Origin: a virus
Virus record (IMG/VR): IMGVR_UViG_3300049482_000116
Span: 4,142 to 68,141 of that record
Strand: one strand, 5' to 3'
DNA: 64,000 nucleotides
Every line of letters begins with the position of its first letter. Within the stretch, counting starts at the first letter, position 1. The position numbers and the translations under genes were made by a program. This document shows positions 19,000 through 30,287 of the stretch, piece by piece. The notes beneath the pieces were generated by a model. It was not told the origin of the DNA, ran no database searches, and saw nothing but the letters and a program-made list of their open reading frames with translations.

Positions 19000-20597
19000 T
19001 GGCTGAATCAACAAAAGCCTTTACTGGCTCATCAGATTTAAGTTTGTGGTACAAGATCAGAGGCGGTGACACACTAAAACTCTCTGATATGCCTGAGATA
19101 GTTCCTCTTCGCTGGGTCTATTTTCGAGATAACTGGGAATTCTTAAAAGCAGACATCGTTAAGTTGATTCCATCTTACTTAGATCCTGACTTTCTAAATG
19201 CACAGATTAGAGATTTTTCAGACTTTATTACTAAACAGCGCACTAGCAGCAAGCAGATAAACCCATTTTCAGATAATATAGTTTATCATCGTTATTATGC
19301 TATTTTTGACAACATTAATATCGACTCTATTAATCTTACGAACGACGAGCAAGCAATCATCGAGGCTAAGATTAATACGGTGAGCGCATACTCTAAAAAT
19401 GATTTTTTACGTATTAAAAAGCAGCTCATAGATTACAGAGATAGAATAGCCGATGTAGGTGGATTAAGTGATCCTACTTACAATCAAGTATATGATAAAA
19501 GCTCAATTCCGCCTCAGATCAATGCTTCGACTGTAGAAGCAAACTTAATGGTATCAGTTCAACAAAATATCGGTTCTGTAGACTTTATCCTCGCTAACTT
19601 GTTTGCTGTTGATTCAGCTATCGATCCATTTGCTTTGGCTCGCGCTAATGCAAATAACCCAGATGTAAACATAGGGCAATATAAGTCAGGGCGTTTAGCT
19701 AGAATAAACTATGGCGAAGATCTACAAGGACTAGCTAATAGGTATTTAGGCAACCCAGACAAGTGGATCGATATAGCGATTGCAAACGGTCTAAAGCCAC
19801 CCTATATTGATGAAGTAGGCCAAAAATTAGCGTTACTTTCTAACGGTCAAGGCAACCAGATCAACATTGCTCCAACCAACATTAACGGCAACCTTAATAT
19901 AGATAAACTCTACATTAACCAAGTTATTCTTATCCAGAGTCTTGTCCAGGTGTTCCCAGAACAGCGCACGATTATAGATATACGTCAGATACCCGTATCA
20001 AACGAAATCATCCTAGAACTGGACGGGGAGCCAGATCTGAACAAGTATAAGGTGGCCGAAGGGGCAAGTATTCGTATTTTTGCTGCCAATACCGTTAATA
20101 GCAGTTTTTATGTGCTTATCCCCTCAGAGGAACCGCTAGACAACTCGCGTCAAGAAGAAGTGCCATGGTTTCTGGCTAAAAGTGCTACTGATGAGAAACG
20201 AGCTGGAATCGACCTTGCAATCGACGAAAGCGGCGAAATTAACTTTTCTACCAATGGTGACCTTAAACTGTCCTATGGACTAGATAATGCTATTCAAGCT
20301 ATGCGGCTAAAGATAGTCACTGAACTTGGTTCACTTAGATATCACCCTGATTTTGGTTTAGTTAACATTATTGGTAATAAAAATCAGAACTTAGATGAAC
20401 TTAAGTCACTTTTAGTAGAATCTCTTACTAATCAGATTGGAATTGATAGTAGATTTGACAGGATTGAGAGCTTGGATATTAGGTATTTAGTAGACAGTAA
20501 TACTAATAATGCTGTGGCAGCAATGAATATCACTGTAGCAGTAAGATTAGCTGGAGGTTCTACGGTAGTACCAATTTCCTTCACTGTTGCTAAGTAA
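18999..20597 (+). CDS. baseplate wedge protein with LysM-like and C-terminal gp25-like domain
   Basis: GEDLQGLANRYLGNPDKWIDIAIANGL; GLDNAIQA...TELGSLRYHPDFG...DSRF. Confidence 0.7.
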   Translation: MAESTKAFTGSSDLSLWYKIRGGDTLKLSDMPEIVPLRWVYFRDNWEFLKADIVKLIPSYLDPDFLNAQIRDFSDFITKQRTSSKQINPFSDNIVYHRYYAIFDNINIDSINLTNDEQAIIEAKINTVSAYSKNDFLRIKKQLIDYRDRIADVGGLSDPTYNQVYDKSSIPPQINASTVEANLMVSVQQNIGSVDFILANLFAVDSAIDPFALARANANNPDVNIGQYKSGRLARINYGEDLQGLANRYLGNPDKWIDIAIANGLKPPYIDEVGQKLALLSNGQGNQINIAPTNINGNLNIDKLYINQVILIQSLVQVFPEQRTIIDIRQIPVSNEIILELDGEPDLNKYKVAEGASIRIFAANTVNSSFYVLIPSEEPLDNSRQEEVPWFLAKSATDEKRAGIDLAIDESGEINFSTNGDLKLSYGLDNAIQAMRLKIVTELGSLRYHPDFGLVNIIGNKNQNLDELKSLLVESLTNQIGIDSRFDRIESLDIRYLVDSNTNNAVAAMNITVAVRLAGGSTVVPISFTVAK

Positions 20598-20635
20598 TAC
20601 TTGCGGTTAACATAGTACAATAGGATGTAAGCGCT

Positions 20636-23600
20636 ATGACCATTGAACTAAAGAGTTTTAATCAGATTTTAGGCGACATGATTCGCAAAATTATAAGCGA
20701 AACCCCATTAAACGATGTTAATGCGGGGTCAGTGCTGTTATCGCTGCTTGAAGCTTGCGCTTCCAATGACTTTGAAAATAATACAGCTATCTTAAATGTT
20801 CTTGAGCTGTTAAATATCGACGCTGTTAGAAACAATGACTTAGATGCGCGTGCCGGAGATTATGGTTTAAAGCGTCTAACTGCAGTTAAGGCTTCGGGTC
20901 AGGTAAGGATCGCGAACACTAATATTACGAAGCGCTCAACTGGACTTTATGTAATTAAGCCGGCGCCTATCTCTGGCCAAACAACTCTGTATGTAAACAA
21001 CACCACTGGTTGGGCTCCTTCTGGTACACTTTATATCGGACGCGGTACGGATTCATTTGAAGGCCCGATCCCTTATACCAGCATACTAGTATTTCCAACT
21101 TATTCACAGATTAACTTAGGCTCTGCTCTTCAGAAAGATCACCTTATCTCTGACAGTGTTATTGATTCTCAGGGCGAACCCGATCGACTCATTGCCTCAG
21201 GTACAGTTGTTAAGATTCCTGCGAACAATCAAAATCCTGAAATAAAGTACGTAACGCTTCGCGACTCTGTTATTGCTGCCGGTGAAGACAATGTAACCAA
21301 CGTAGATGTTATTGCTATTGTTCCTGGTTCTGCCGGCAATGCGCAGATTAATACCATTACTCAATTTGACACGCTTCCGTTCATAGGAGCTGCGGTATCT
21401 AATACGTCGTCTTTTTCTAATGGGACAGATGTTGAAACTGATACTCAGCTTCGTAACCGCATAAAGAGCTACGCCATCACGCTCGCTCGTGGTACTGCGC
21501 CTAGCATTATCTCTGCGGTTATTGGGGTCTCTGACCCGGACGACAGCAAGCAAGTCGCTTCGGCAGTGATCACCGAGCCTGTTAAGGTCGGAGACCCATC
21601 TATATTGTATATCGATGATGGTTCAGGATTTCAGCCTTCGTTCACTGGTCAATCTGTTGACAACATGTTAGCTAATGCTAATGGTTCAGAAGAATTCTTA
21701 CAACTGGCAAATTTTCCAGTTACTCGTCCTCAAGTAGTAAATGTCGTTGAAGGTCCATTTTCTATATCTGACTCTATGTTTTTAAGAGTAGCAGTTGATG
21801 GAGCAGAAGAAACTATTACTCTTTTAAGTTCACAATTTCAAAATATCTCGGCAGCTACTTCTGCAGAAATCATTGTAGCAATTAACGATCAATCTACTTT
21901 ATTTAAAGCTCGCTTTACTAATAACTCAGCCAATATACTTCTTTATCCAGTAGCTCATGATGCTGAGATAATTCAAGTGATCCCAATTCGCGAAACAGAT
22001 ACAGTCGCATTATATGTGAACAGTATCTTGAAGTTTCCTACAAATGAATTTAGCTATATTGCTCTTTATCAAAACAGTACTCGGTTACGCGAAAAAGAAA
22101 AGACCGCAACAATCGAAACCGTAGCTTTTGCCTCATGGAATATCAGTGGTGGCGGAAATCTAGTAATTGCAATAGATGGTACGCCGGCTCAAGATAGGAC
22201 CTTTGCACTATCTGATTTTCCTGGAGCGTCTTCTTTTACTGGGCTAGCTCTTCAGGATTGGGTAGATGCTTTTAATGCAAAATACGCTGGTATTACTGCA
22301 GAAGCAACACCAAACCAGACGATGAAGATCTTATCTAATAAGTCTGGCAGCAGTAGCTCTCTTGTGGTTTCTGGTGGCACCTACTTAAACAAAATGCTTC
22401 CTGGACAAGACCTTAGTGCTCAAGGTCAAACTTCTCAATTTCAATTAAATAGACAAACTGGCAACATACGAATTCTTACAGATATTGTAACTGGCGACAG
22501 TGTAACAGCTGGTGTCGAGGATGCAAAAGGTTTTGCGGTTTCATCTGAAACTACTTCTGGCACGTACAATGTATCTAACGATGCATTTGGCAGACCAGCA
22601 GAAATCGTTATTGCGGTCGATTCTACTGAATGTTCACCTCGCTCTGTTCCATTGATCGTTGGAGCTACAATCTCTATCTCAGATCAGGGTTCAAGTGTCA
22701 TGAGAATCATGAGCTCTACTCTAGATGCGTTTAGCTCTCTGCAGCCAGGTGACTTTATTTACCTAATTCGTCGTACATCAGGCTGGGTAAGCAATGCAAA
22801 CGCTGGATTATATAAGATTGTTAGCAAGGGTCCACATTTAACCGCTAATGCTGACTCTTATGTTGAAGTATTAAACGACACAATTGTAGCTGAAACCGTA
22901 TCGATTGCAGACAGCACTGATATCAAGGCATTTAAAACAGATGCATATCCCCAGATTTGGCGCGGATCTTACGCAGCAAATCCACCAGCTGAGACCATTA
23001 GCGATCTAGTAGCATCTATAAATACATCAATTCTTGGAGTTCGAGCAACTATTTTCCGCTCTAATAGTATTAAGATTACTTCTACTACAGAAGATGGTGG
23101 ATCTATATCCTTGCCGATTGTAGTTGGAAATGCCGCATCTCTATTTACACAAACAGACTCTGCTCAATTTGGCAATCCATCTCATATTGCTAATCGCGTA
23201 TCAGATAAATCACTGTTTGGAATGTTTCGACGCTCTTTAGCTACCGCAACGAACGTATGGCTAGATCGTCATACTTATACTGATATAAAAGGCCCTCTTT
23301 CAAGTAACGCTGTACCTGATTCATCGCCTTATTCTGCAACATATTCTGAGACAGTTGCTGCTAGTGGCGTATTAACTCCAACTAATGTTGGATACCCAGA
23401 TATCCTATCCTTTACAAGAGGGAATAACCGCAACTTACTAAGATCTGTTAAAGCCAAGATTGTTACGGATTCCGTCGGCACACAGCAAGGAATTCCTCGT
23501 ACAGAGTTTGACCATATTATAGGCGATGAAGTCCAATTGATGGACTCTCTCAAATTTGCTGCAGACGACTCTATTGTATTCATATTAGATAAAGATGTAG

Positions 23601-26600
23601 CTACAAAGACTGTAGACATTAAGATTTCTCGTACAGGCCAAGTTAATTCTGGCTCTAATATGCTGTCATTCCCTCCAACTACGACTGAGTTTTCTGCAAA
23701 CGATGTCGACAATGAACCGGGAATTGATTTTTCGAATGCAAACGTCTGGTCTACTACGATTAATAATACTAAATTTGATGACTATGCAGTTCTAATGCGC
23801 GCACGTAATTGGTACTCTACTGGCGGCGTATCTGGTCTAGGTGGAAAACTTATTGTTCGTTCATATCAATATGGCGCAAACGGTGACAAAATGCGTTTCA
23901 ATATTCGATATCCTCAAACGCCGAATCAGCTACCTACTACTATATTAGCTAACACCCCTTCTCATAGTCTGTTCTCTTACTTCTTTGGTTCACAGGCTGA
24001 CCGTATTACTGCAGTTGCTGTCAATGACACCATCTCTGTATCTGGTCCTTATCCAGATACTTCAACAAACTTCCCTAATGGTGTAGTTTCAACTGGTAAC
24101 TACTTTGATTACACTTTCTCTGGTGGCAGCTTTGCCGGTGTTCAAGTAGGCGATGTTTTATCTATTCAAGATGGAGCAGGAATAAGTACTTTCAATCGCG
24201 GAGCATTCCGTGTCGCAGCTAAATCCGGACAAACGTTGCGTGTTTTTAATACTAACGCATCTACAACTGCTGCAGGCACACCAGAGATCAGCGTATTTAC
24301 TACTATTGCAGATGTCATTGGAACACCTTCTACGGTAACAATTACAACTACTTCTGCAGTCACCTTAGATGGAACATACTTCACAATGTATGATAATGCC
24401 GGATCTGTTAAGGTCTGGTTTGACCTCGACAACAATGGGACATCTGAGCCAGTTTCACCAGCACATGACCGCACAATTAAGGTTGCTACACTTGTAACGG
24501 GTGACACCGCTACGGTCGTGGCTACAAAAATTGCTGCATATCTATCTAATGATTCAGCTTTTTTAAACGTATTTAGCACACCTACTCAAGTTATTTTTGA
24601 CATGGCACAAAATGGACCAGTTGCTAGTCCTATAGATGGAACGCCGGCAACAACCTTTGTGTTTGCAGTATCTCCAGGTACAGCTGACGTTTCACTTGAT
24701 GGAAAATATATCATTATTCATGATGATATTGGATCTGTTGCAGTGTGGTTCGACGTCGGCAATGATGGCACATCTGAGCCATTTCATGGAGCAGATCGCT
24801 CTATTCGCTGTGGTTTGATTAATTATGGAGATTCAGCTTCAGTAGTCGCTGCTGCAATAGCTACAATTGTTAATGCACAGATTAAATTTAATGCATCAGC
24901 TTTAGGCAATCAACTTACAATTACAACTACATTTAATGCTAATACTCCAAGCGCAAACGTTGGTACGTCTACATTTCCAAGTGTTGTGATCACAAATGGT
25001 TCGCTGTCTGGTGCAGAATTAATCACCAATCCTACTCAAATCCATATTTTTCCTATCATTGGAAAAACAGCTCAAGAGATTGCAGACAAGGTTAACGAAA
25101 AGAGTATCTTAAGGCTTGCTGTCGTAGGAGTTGGAACACTTACTATCGATAAATCTACTGAAGAAGATGACTACGTATATGGCGGTAATTCTTCTGCTCT
25201 TGGTTACGGTCATAACCCTTCTATTGCTGCAGATAGAGATCACATTAAGCTATATGATGGAATCAATTGGGTAAAAACTTTTACCAACATAAACCCAAAC
25301 TTTACGCTAAAAACGACCTTAACCCTTAACGGCGTAGCACCATCTGTCTATCAGATGAACACGGCTCCAAACGAAGATCTTTCAACCGGTGAATTCTTTA
25401 AACTTGTTCCAACAACTGTAAAGAACGTTCAGCATCATCTCACTCAGAAAGCTCTATCTCAACTACCAATTATTTCTACAGTTGATATTTCTAATGCAGG
25501 TAAAAATGTTCAGATTAAATCAAAAGAACTTGGCTCAACTGGAGCGCTAGAGATTGTTGGCGGTAGAGCTAATAAGGCACAAGCTTATATCATAGGAGAA
25601 TCTGAGGTTGCTTCTGATGTGAGTGGAAACTACTTAGAACTTAAGATCCCTGCTTTTCCTGATACTTTTAATCGTGGTGATATTGTCCGTATCGAGAACA
25701 CATCTGGAGTTAAAAGATTTAGTCGACTAAATGCTACTGACTCTGTATCTGTAACTGTTCCTGCAGCAAACACTGTTGAATATAACTATGATGCCAAGGA
25801 TACAAACTTTACGGCTGGTACTACATTCACTATTACTGATGTTTCTGCGTCTTACAGTCGTCCTGCTGGCACAGTGTGGCGCTGGACTCACGGTGGCGGA
25901 GGAGCTTCTTTAGCAGATGTTGTAGCAGGTGATTTAGTTGTAGCATATGGTTCATTAAGCGGATGGGCACAAGGAAACAAGGCTGGAGTAACTGGTGATG
26001 CTAATGTGGCGGGTCTGCCTATAATTAACGTCAATGATTCTTCAAATTGGTTTGATGTAGTTAATCCTCATGGCCGTTCTATGGTTTCTACGGCAATGGG
26101 CTCCGGCACTGTTCAAATCAATCCTACTCCTATTATAAAATGGAATCTTGATCATGCTGCCCCTGCTCATGTCTTGAGCATTGTTCGTTCATCTAATATA
26201 GCAACTCTAAGCACAACTACAGCGCATGGTCTTAGTTCAGGCGACAGCATTCAATTGAATGATAGTGACGCATTAACAGATGGAGTTTATGGTCCAGTAA
26301 CAGTTTTAAGTCCAATTCAGTTAACATTTGCAAGCGTAGGAGCAAACTTTTCTGAAGCAGATGTGAGTGCAAGTATAACAAACAGTGCAAAAGCTCGAAC
26401 TCGCTACAGAATTGAGCAATTAGGCTTTAACGGTCTTACTCGCTTAGTTCGCCAAGACGGCGATTCTCCTAGATTTACTGATTGTGGTGTCGCTGTAGAT
26501 GACTATATGGTCATTGCCGGAAATAGCTTCCTAGCAAACAATAACGGTCGTTTCCGTGTTCTTGCTGTAGATTCAGAATCTGTTCTTTTCTTAAATGATC

Positions 26601-27733
26601 AGTCTACAGACGAGATCAACACAGTTGTAAACTTTAATAATAAAGGTTTCTTAGCTACTTGGACAGCAAACAGCAACTTAGTTACTGGCGTAGTAGGAAC
26701 ATTTAAGCACGTTTCGGTGGGCGACTGGGTTAAAAAAGATGAAGATCCAGAGTCTTCTTATCGTCAAGTAACAAGTATGAATGCGGCTCCAGCTGCAGCT
26801 ACACAGATCTCGCTTGGTGCTAACTATGTTGGTAATAGCTCTATAGCGGCAGGTGTTGCCTATAACCAGCTAACCGGCTACGATCAAGGTGTCTATCTCG
26901 ATAATGTGGACGACATTGCTTTTTATGAAGGTGATTCTGTAGTAAACGGCGACACATTGTTTATTCAAAACATTGTCAATGCTAATTGGTTTAGTCCACA
27001 GAATATCGGTAGCTTCCAGATTGTTGAATCTGGTACAAATGGCACTACATTTAAGCCTTTCTTACGTATAACTAATTCGGCCGGTATTGCTGAAAATACT
27101 AGATTAATCTCTATAGACACAGCTGGCTTCTACTTAATCGAAGGATTAAACAGTAAGTTTTATACTTATCGCCAAGTAGAACACGCTGTTATAGATGATC
27201 TAAACGATGAACGTCGTTCGCTTTTCTTAACACCTTCTAATAGATCTTATAAATTTTCTGAAGCTAATGCGACGTCTATCACTCACTCTGCTAAGCTTGG
27301 GTACAACACTAATGTCACTATCGGTGTTGATGGATATCTTTATTACACAGGTCTCTTAAGGAGAGTTCAGCGTATCGTTGATGGATTTGAACCTGATGCA
27401 GAAACGTTTCCTGGACGCAGAGCGGTTGGTGGCTTTATCGAAACTCTACCTCCACTTATCAAGAACATTATTCTTACTATTAATGTGACTACAGATGAAG
27501 GCGTGAACTTAGGTAATATCTCTAATAATATCAAGTCGACGATCATTAACTACATCCAACAAGATCTTGGCGTAGGTCAGGATGTAATCTTGTCGGAGAT
27601 AATTGCAGCAGTAATGCAGATCAAAGGTGTAGCAGCAGTAACTTTTACCAACCCTGTACCTAGTACGGAACGTATAACTGTAGCTAGTAACGAAAAAGCA
27701 ACAATAAGTACAGAAAACATTGGAATTGCTTAA
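20636..27733 (+). CDS. giant baseplate J-like (wedge) protein, 2365 aa
   Basis: N-terminal J motifs (GSVLLSLLEA, GSAGN, GTDVETDTQLRNR, LARGT) and C-terminal J motif (LGVGQDVILSEIIAAVMQIKGV). Confidence 0.85.
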   Translation: MTIELKSFNQILGDMIRKIISETPLNDVNAGSVLLSLLEACASNDFENNTAILNVLELLNIDAVRNNDLDARAGDYGLKRLTAVKASGQVRIANTNITKRSTGLYVIKPAPISGQTTLYVNNTTGWAPSGTLYIGRGTDSFEGPIPYTSILVFPTYSQINLGSALQKDHLISDSVIDSQGEPDRLIASGTVVKIPANNQNPEIKYVTLRDSVIAAGEDNVTNVDVIAIVPGSAGNAQINTITQFDTLPFIGAAVSNTSSFSNGTDVETDTQLRNRIKSYAITLARGTAPSIISAVIGVSDPDDSKQVASAVITEPVKVGDPSILYIDDGSGFQPSFTGQSVDNMLANANGSEEFLQLANFPVTRPQVVNVVEGPFSISDSMFLRVAVDGAEETITLLSSQFQNISAATSAEIIVAINDQSTLFKARFTNNSANILLYPVAHDAEIIQVIPIRETDTVALYVNSILKFPTNEFSYIALYQNSTRLREKEKTATIETVAFASWNISGGGNLVIAIDGTPAQDRTFALSDFPGASSFTGLALQDWVDAFNAKYAGITAEATPNQTMKILSNKSGSSSSLVVSGGTYLNKMLPGQDLSAQGQTSQFQLNRQTGNIRILTDIVTGDSVTAGVEDAKGFAVSSETTSGTYNVSNDAFGRPAEIVIAVDSTECSPRSVPLIVGATISISDQGSSVMRIMSSTLDAFSSLQPGDFIYLIRRTSGWVSNANAGLYKIVSKGPHLTANADSYVEVLNDTIVAETVSIADSTDIKAFKTDAYPQIWRGSYAANPPAETISDLVASINTSILGVRATIFRSNSIKITSTTEDGGSISLPIVVGNAASLFTQTDSAQFGNPSHIANRVSDKSLFGMFRRSLATATNVWLDRHTYTDIKGPLSSNAVPDSSPYSATYSETVAASGVLTPTNVGYPDILSFTRGNNRNLLRSVKAKIVTDSVGTQQGIPRTEFDHIIGDEVQLMDSLKFAADDSIVFILDKDVATKTVDIKISRTGQVNSGSNMLSFPPTTTEFSANDVDNEPGIDFSNANVWSTTINNTKFDDYAVLMRARNWYSTGGVSGLGGKLIVRSYQYGANGDKMRFNIRYPQTPNQLPTTILANTPSHSLFSYFFGSQADRITAVAVNDTISVSGPYPDTSTNFPNGVVSTGNYFDYTFSGGSFAGVQVGDVLSIQDGAGISTFNRGAFRVAAKSGQTLRVFNTNASTTAAGTPEISVFTTIADVIGTPSTVTITTTSAVTLDGTYFTMYDNAGSVKVWFDLDNNGTSEPVSPAHDRTIKVATLVTGDTATVVATKIAAYLSNDSAFLNVFSTPTQVIFDMAQNGPVASPIDGTPATTFVFAVSPGTADVSLDGKYIIIHDDIGSVAVWFDVGNDGTSEPFHGADRSIRCGLINYGDSASVVAAAIATIVNAQIKFNASALGNQLTITTTFNANTPSANVGTSTFPSVVITNGSLSGAELITNPTQIHIFPIIGKTAQEIADKVNEKSILRLAVVGVGTLTIDKSTEEDDYVYGGNSSALGYGHNPSIAADRDHIKLYDGINWVKTFTNINPNFTLKTTLTLNGVAPSVYQMNTAPNEDLSTGEFFKLVPTTVKNVQHHLTQKALSQLPIISTVDISNAGKNVQIKSKELGSTGALEIVGGRANKAQAYIIGESEVASDVSGNYLELKIPAFPDTFNRGDIVRIENTSGVKRFSRLNATDSVSVTVPAANTVEYNYDAKDTNFTAGTTFTITDVSASYSRPAGTVWRWTHGGGGASLADVVAGDLVVAYGSLSGWAQGNKAGVTGDANVAGLPIINVNDSSNWFDVVNPHGRSMVSTAMGSGTVQINPTPIIKWNLDHAAPAHVLSIVRSSNIATLSTTTAHGLSSGDSIQLNDSDALTDGVYGPVTVLSPIQLTFASVGANFSEADVSASITNSAKARTRYRIEQLGFNGLTRLVRQDGDSPRFTDCGVAVDDYMVIAGNSFLANNNGRFRVLAVDSESVLFLNDQSTDEINTVVNFNNKGFLATWTANSNLVTGVVGTFKHVSVGDWVKKDEDPESSYRQVTSMNAAPAAATQISLGANYVGNSSIAAGVAYNQLTGYDQGVYLDNVDDIAFYEGDSVVNGDTLFIQNIVNANWFSPQNIGSFQIVESGTNGTTFKPFLRITNSAGIAENTRLISIDTAGFYLIEGLNSKFYTYRQVEHAVIDDLNDERRSLFLTPSNRSYKFSEANATSITHSAKLGYNTNVTIGVDGYLYYTGLLRRVQRIVDGFEPDAETFPGRRAVGGFIETLPPLIKNIILTINVTTDEGVNLGNISNNIKSTIINYIQQDLGVGQDVILSEIIAAVMQIKGVAAVTFTNPVPSTERITVASNEKATISTENIGIA

Positions 27734-27735
27734 TC

Positions 27736-30249
27736 ATGGCGAATAATAAAACTAAGGTAGATAGGTTACACGATCTATTACCGAAGCATCTAAATACTCG
27801 CACAAATATAAACTGGAAAGGCATGCTTGATGCAATCGGTGGAGCCGATCAAGCTACAGCCGATCTAGTAGCAGAAGTACGTAAGCAATTTTTCGTAAAA
27901 ACAGCATCTAGACCATACATTGATCGTCTTGCGGCAAACAGTAAGATATCTAGACCACGCTTAGTGGGTATGTCTGATACGTCTTTCCGAGACTATATTC
28001 CAGTATTGTCATATAAACCTAAACAGGTCAAGTTGATAATTGATGCCCTATTAGACATTTTTTTCTTCAAAGAATCAACTACAGCTTTTATCATGAGTTC
28101 CGCAACTCAACCGTTTTCTTTATTAGATGGTTGGGAATTAGAGTATGTAGTAGACAATATCTATCAAGAGAAAATTACGTTTTCTGCCAGCGATTTTACT
28201 AATATAGCCAGTGCTACAGCAGATGAGATTGTAGCATCGTTTAATCGACAAGCTAAATATAGTTATGCTACTAACTATTATGACTCTATTACTAAGAAAA
28301 ACTTTATACGAATATTTACTACAACAGTTGGATCCAAAGGGTCGCTAGAGATGACAGGCGGCCGAGCAAATATCGGCCTAAGACTTAACGGCTTTATAGA
28401 AACAGCAGGAACAGGATCTAACACTCAGTGGACTGTTTCTAAAATTGGTGATGTTACGACCTTTGAGCACACTGGTGGAGCTAGTCCAGGTATTAATAAG
28501 TTACAAGAAGGCGATATCATTGTGTCGGATCTCTTGAACAATAAGGGCTCGTTTGTTATCACCAACGTAGATATCAGCGGTAATAAGATCACTTTTAAGA
28601 ACTTATTCTCTACTCCCGGTGTTTTTATACAGCTTTCGTCCAATGAAACTAAGTTTATTCGTCCAGAGAAATTTGTTTCTTATAAAAGTTCTAGACGTGC
28701 AATCACTTGGGAAACATCTCCTGGTGAAATTATAGTTGAGATGCCTACAACTCCACCAGTAGTTCAGCGTTCACTTAAGGGATCTTCTCATCTCAATGGG
28801 GCATTCTCTTTAATGACAAATAGAGATTCAGATACATCTCTAACACTTACTAGCGGCAATGGCTTCCCTAAAGCTGGATCCTTTTGGATAGAACCTGTTA
28901 CAGCGATCACATCACGAATTATAACCCCAGATGTCAATGAAGTCGTAACAAAGACTCAAAACGGCAGATTGATATATGACTTAGTAAAGTATGATTATAG
29001 CTCTCGTGTAGTTCTTTCGACTACAGGCTCTGCACCTGCAGGATCTGACCAAATTACGGTACTATCTGTAACAGGTTTAAGCATTGGAGACACTATATTT
29101 ATCGATGGACTTCGAGAAGACGCTGTGGTGACAAATATTGTCGGTCTAACTGTGACCAGCTCAATCCTGATGCCTAATAATTTTTCTAATGTAACTGTAG
29201 AATTTGGCGGTAATACTTTATTAGGTATAGATCCGGCTTTACCACCATTAGGTACACTTAACGAATTTACATTAAGTTCATTAACTAGAACTTCTGGCAT
29301 AGTTACAGCTACAACTTCAACTGCACATAACTATGCAGAAGGAGATACGGTGATTGTAGATGGATCTAGCGGTATCTTGATCCTAACTACCAGTGGTGAT
29401 ATTACCGCTTCATCAATTATTGTATCCAATATGGCAAGTACTGTTGGAGTCGCGCCTGGTCAGGTAATTGCAGGTCCAGGGATAGTTGTAGGCACAAAGG
29501 TGGCCAGCGTCATATCTCCGACCAGCATATCCCTAACTGCACCAGCAACAGCAACTCAAATTGGCGCCTTAATAACGGTATCTGAAGACCTAAATGGTAG
29601 CCATATAATCCAGTCAGTAACTACCTCAACCTTTACCTATGAAATCTTAGGTGTAGATGGCACAGCTATAACGGCCGGCACATCCAGAGTAGAGCGCTCG
29701 GCTATAAGTAATGAAGGCTCAAAGATCATTCTTACTGATGCTCAAAGCTCAGCAGACACAAGAATAACTGGATCTTATGTTTGGGATACTGCTGCTCCTT
29801 ATGTACTTTCATATGCAACAGCTAATACAGGCACTCAGATTCAAGCTGGAACTATAGTTAGGTTGATAGATGTCTCGTCTAACGAGATACCTAATGAGAG
29901 CGGCTTCTTAGTGTTTGACTATGGCCGTAAGAATCAAGAAGGTCCTATAAGGTACCTTTACAAGCCATCAGACACTACCATTGCATTGGATCCATCTTAT
30001 GTATTCCAAAAAAATCATATTATAGGGTCGCCTGTGGTAGCACTTAGGCAAAAAGGTCCGCACGTCATGGATACTAGGGCCGGTGAATATGGCCCTTATA
30101 TCACAGACCCATCTGAGGCTCGCATAATCTTACAAGATTTGATCAGGTCAGTTAAGTCAGCTGGTATCTTTGTAAACTTTTTGATCAGGTTTCCTGAACA
30201 ACTTTACGGCACTATCGATGTATATGGTTCAGGTATCGACCCTGGTTAA
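27736..30249 (+). CDS. baseplate wedge/tail protein (P2 gpI-like position)
   Basis: Follows J; TASRPYIDRLA N-terminus; VKSAGIFVNF C-terminus. Confidence 0.6.
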   Translation: MANNKTKVDRLHDLLPKHLNTRTNINWKGMLDAIGGADQATADLVAEVRKQFFVKTASRPYIDRLAANSKISRPRLVGMSDTSFRDYIPVLSYKPKQVKLIIDALLDIFFFKESTTAFIMSSATQPFSLLDGWELEYVVDNIYQEKITFSASDFTNIASATADEIVASFNRQAKYSYATNYYDSITKKNFIRIFTTTVGSKGSLEMTGGRANIGLRLNGFIETAGTGSNTQWTVSKIGDVTTFEHTGGASPGINKLQEGDIIVSDLLNNKGSFVITNVDISGNKITFKNLFSTPGVFIQLSSNETKFIRPEKFVSYKSSRRAITWETSPGEIIVEMPTTPPVVQRSLKGSSHLNGAFSLMTNRDSDTSLTLTSGNGFPKAGSFWIEPVTAITSRIITPDVNEVVTKTQNGRLIYDLVKYDYSSRVVLSTTGSAPAGSDQITVLSVTGLSIGDTIFIDGLREDAVVTNIVGLTVTSSILMPNNFSNVTVEFGGNTLLGIDPALPPLGTLNEFTLSSLTRTSGIVTATTSTAHNYAEGDTVIVDGSSGILILTTSGDITASSIIVSNMASTVGVAPGQVIAGPGIVVGTKVASVISPTSISLTAPATATQIGALITVSEDLNGSHIIQSVTTSTFTYEILGVDGTAITAGTSRVERSAISNEGSKIILTDAQSSADTRITGSYVWDTAAPYVLSYATANTGTQIQAGTIVRLIDVSSNEIPNESGFLVFDYGRKNQEGPIRYLYKPSDTTIALDPSYVFQKNHIIGSPVVALRQKGPHVMDTRAGEYGPYITDPSEARIILQDLIRSVKSAGIFVNFLIRFPEQLYGTIDVYGSGIDPG

Positions 30250-30287
30250 TAGAGTTTATAGTATAATCTAGGTTATTAGGAGTATGT

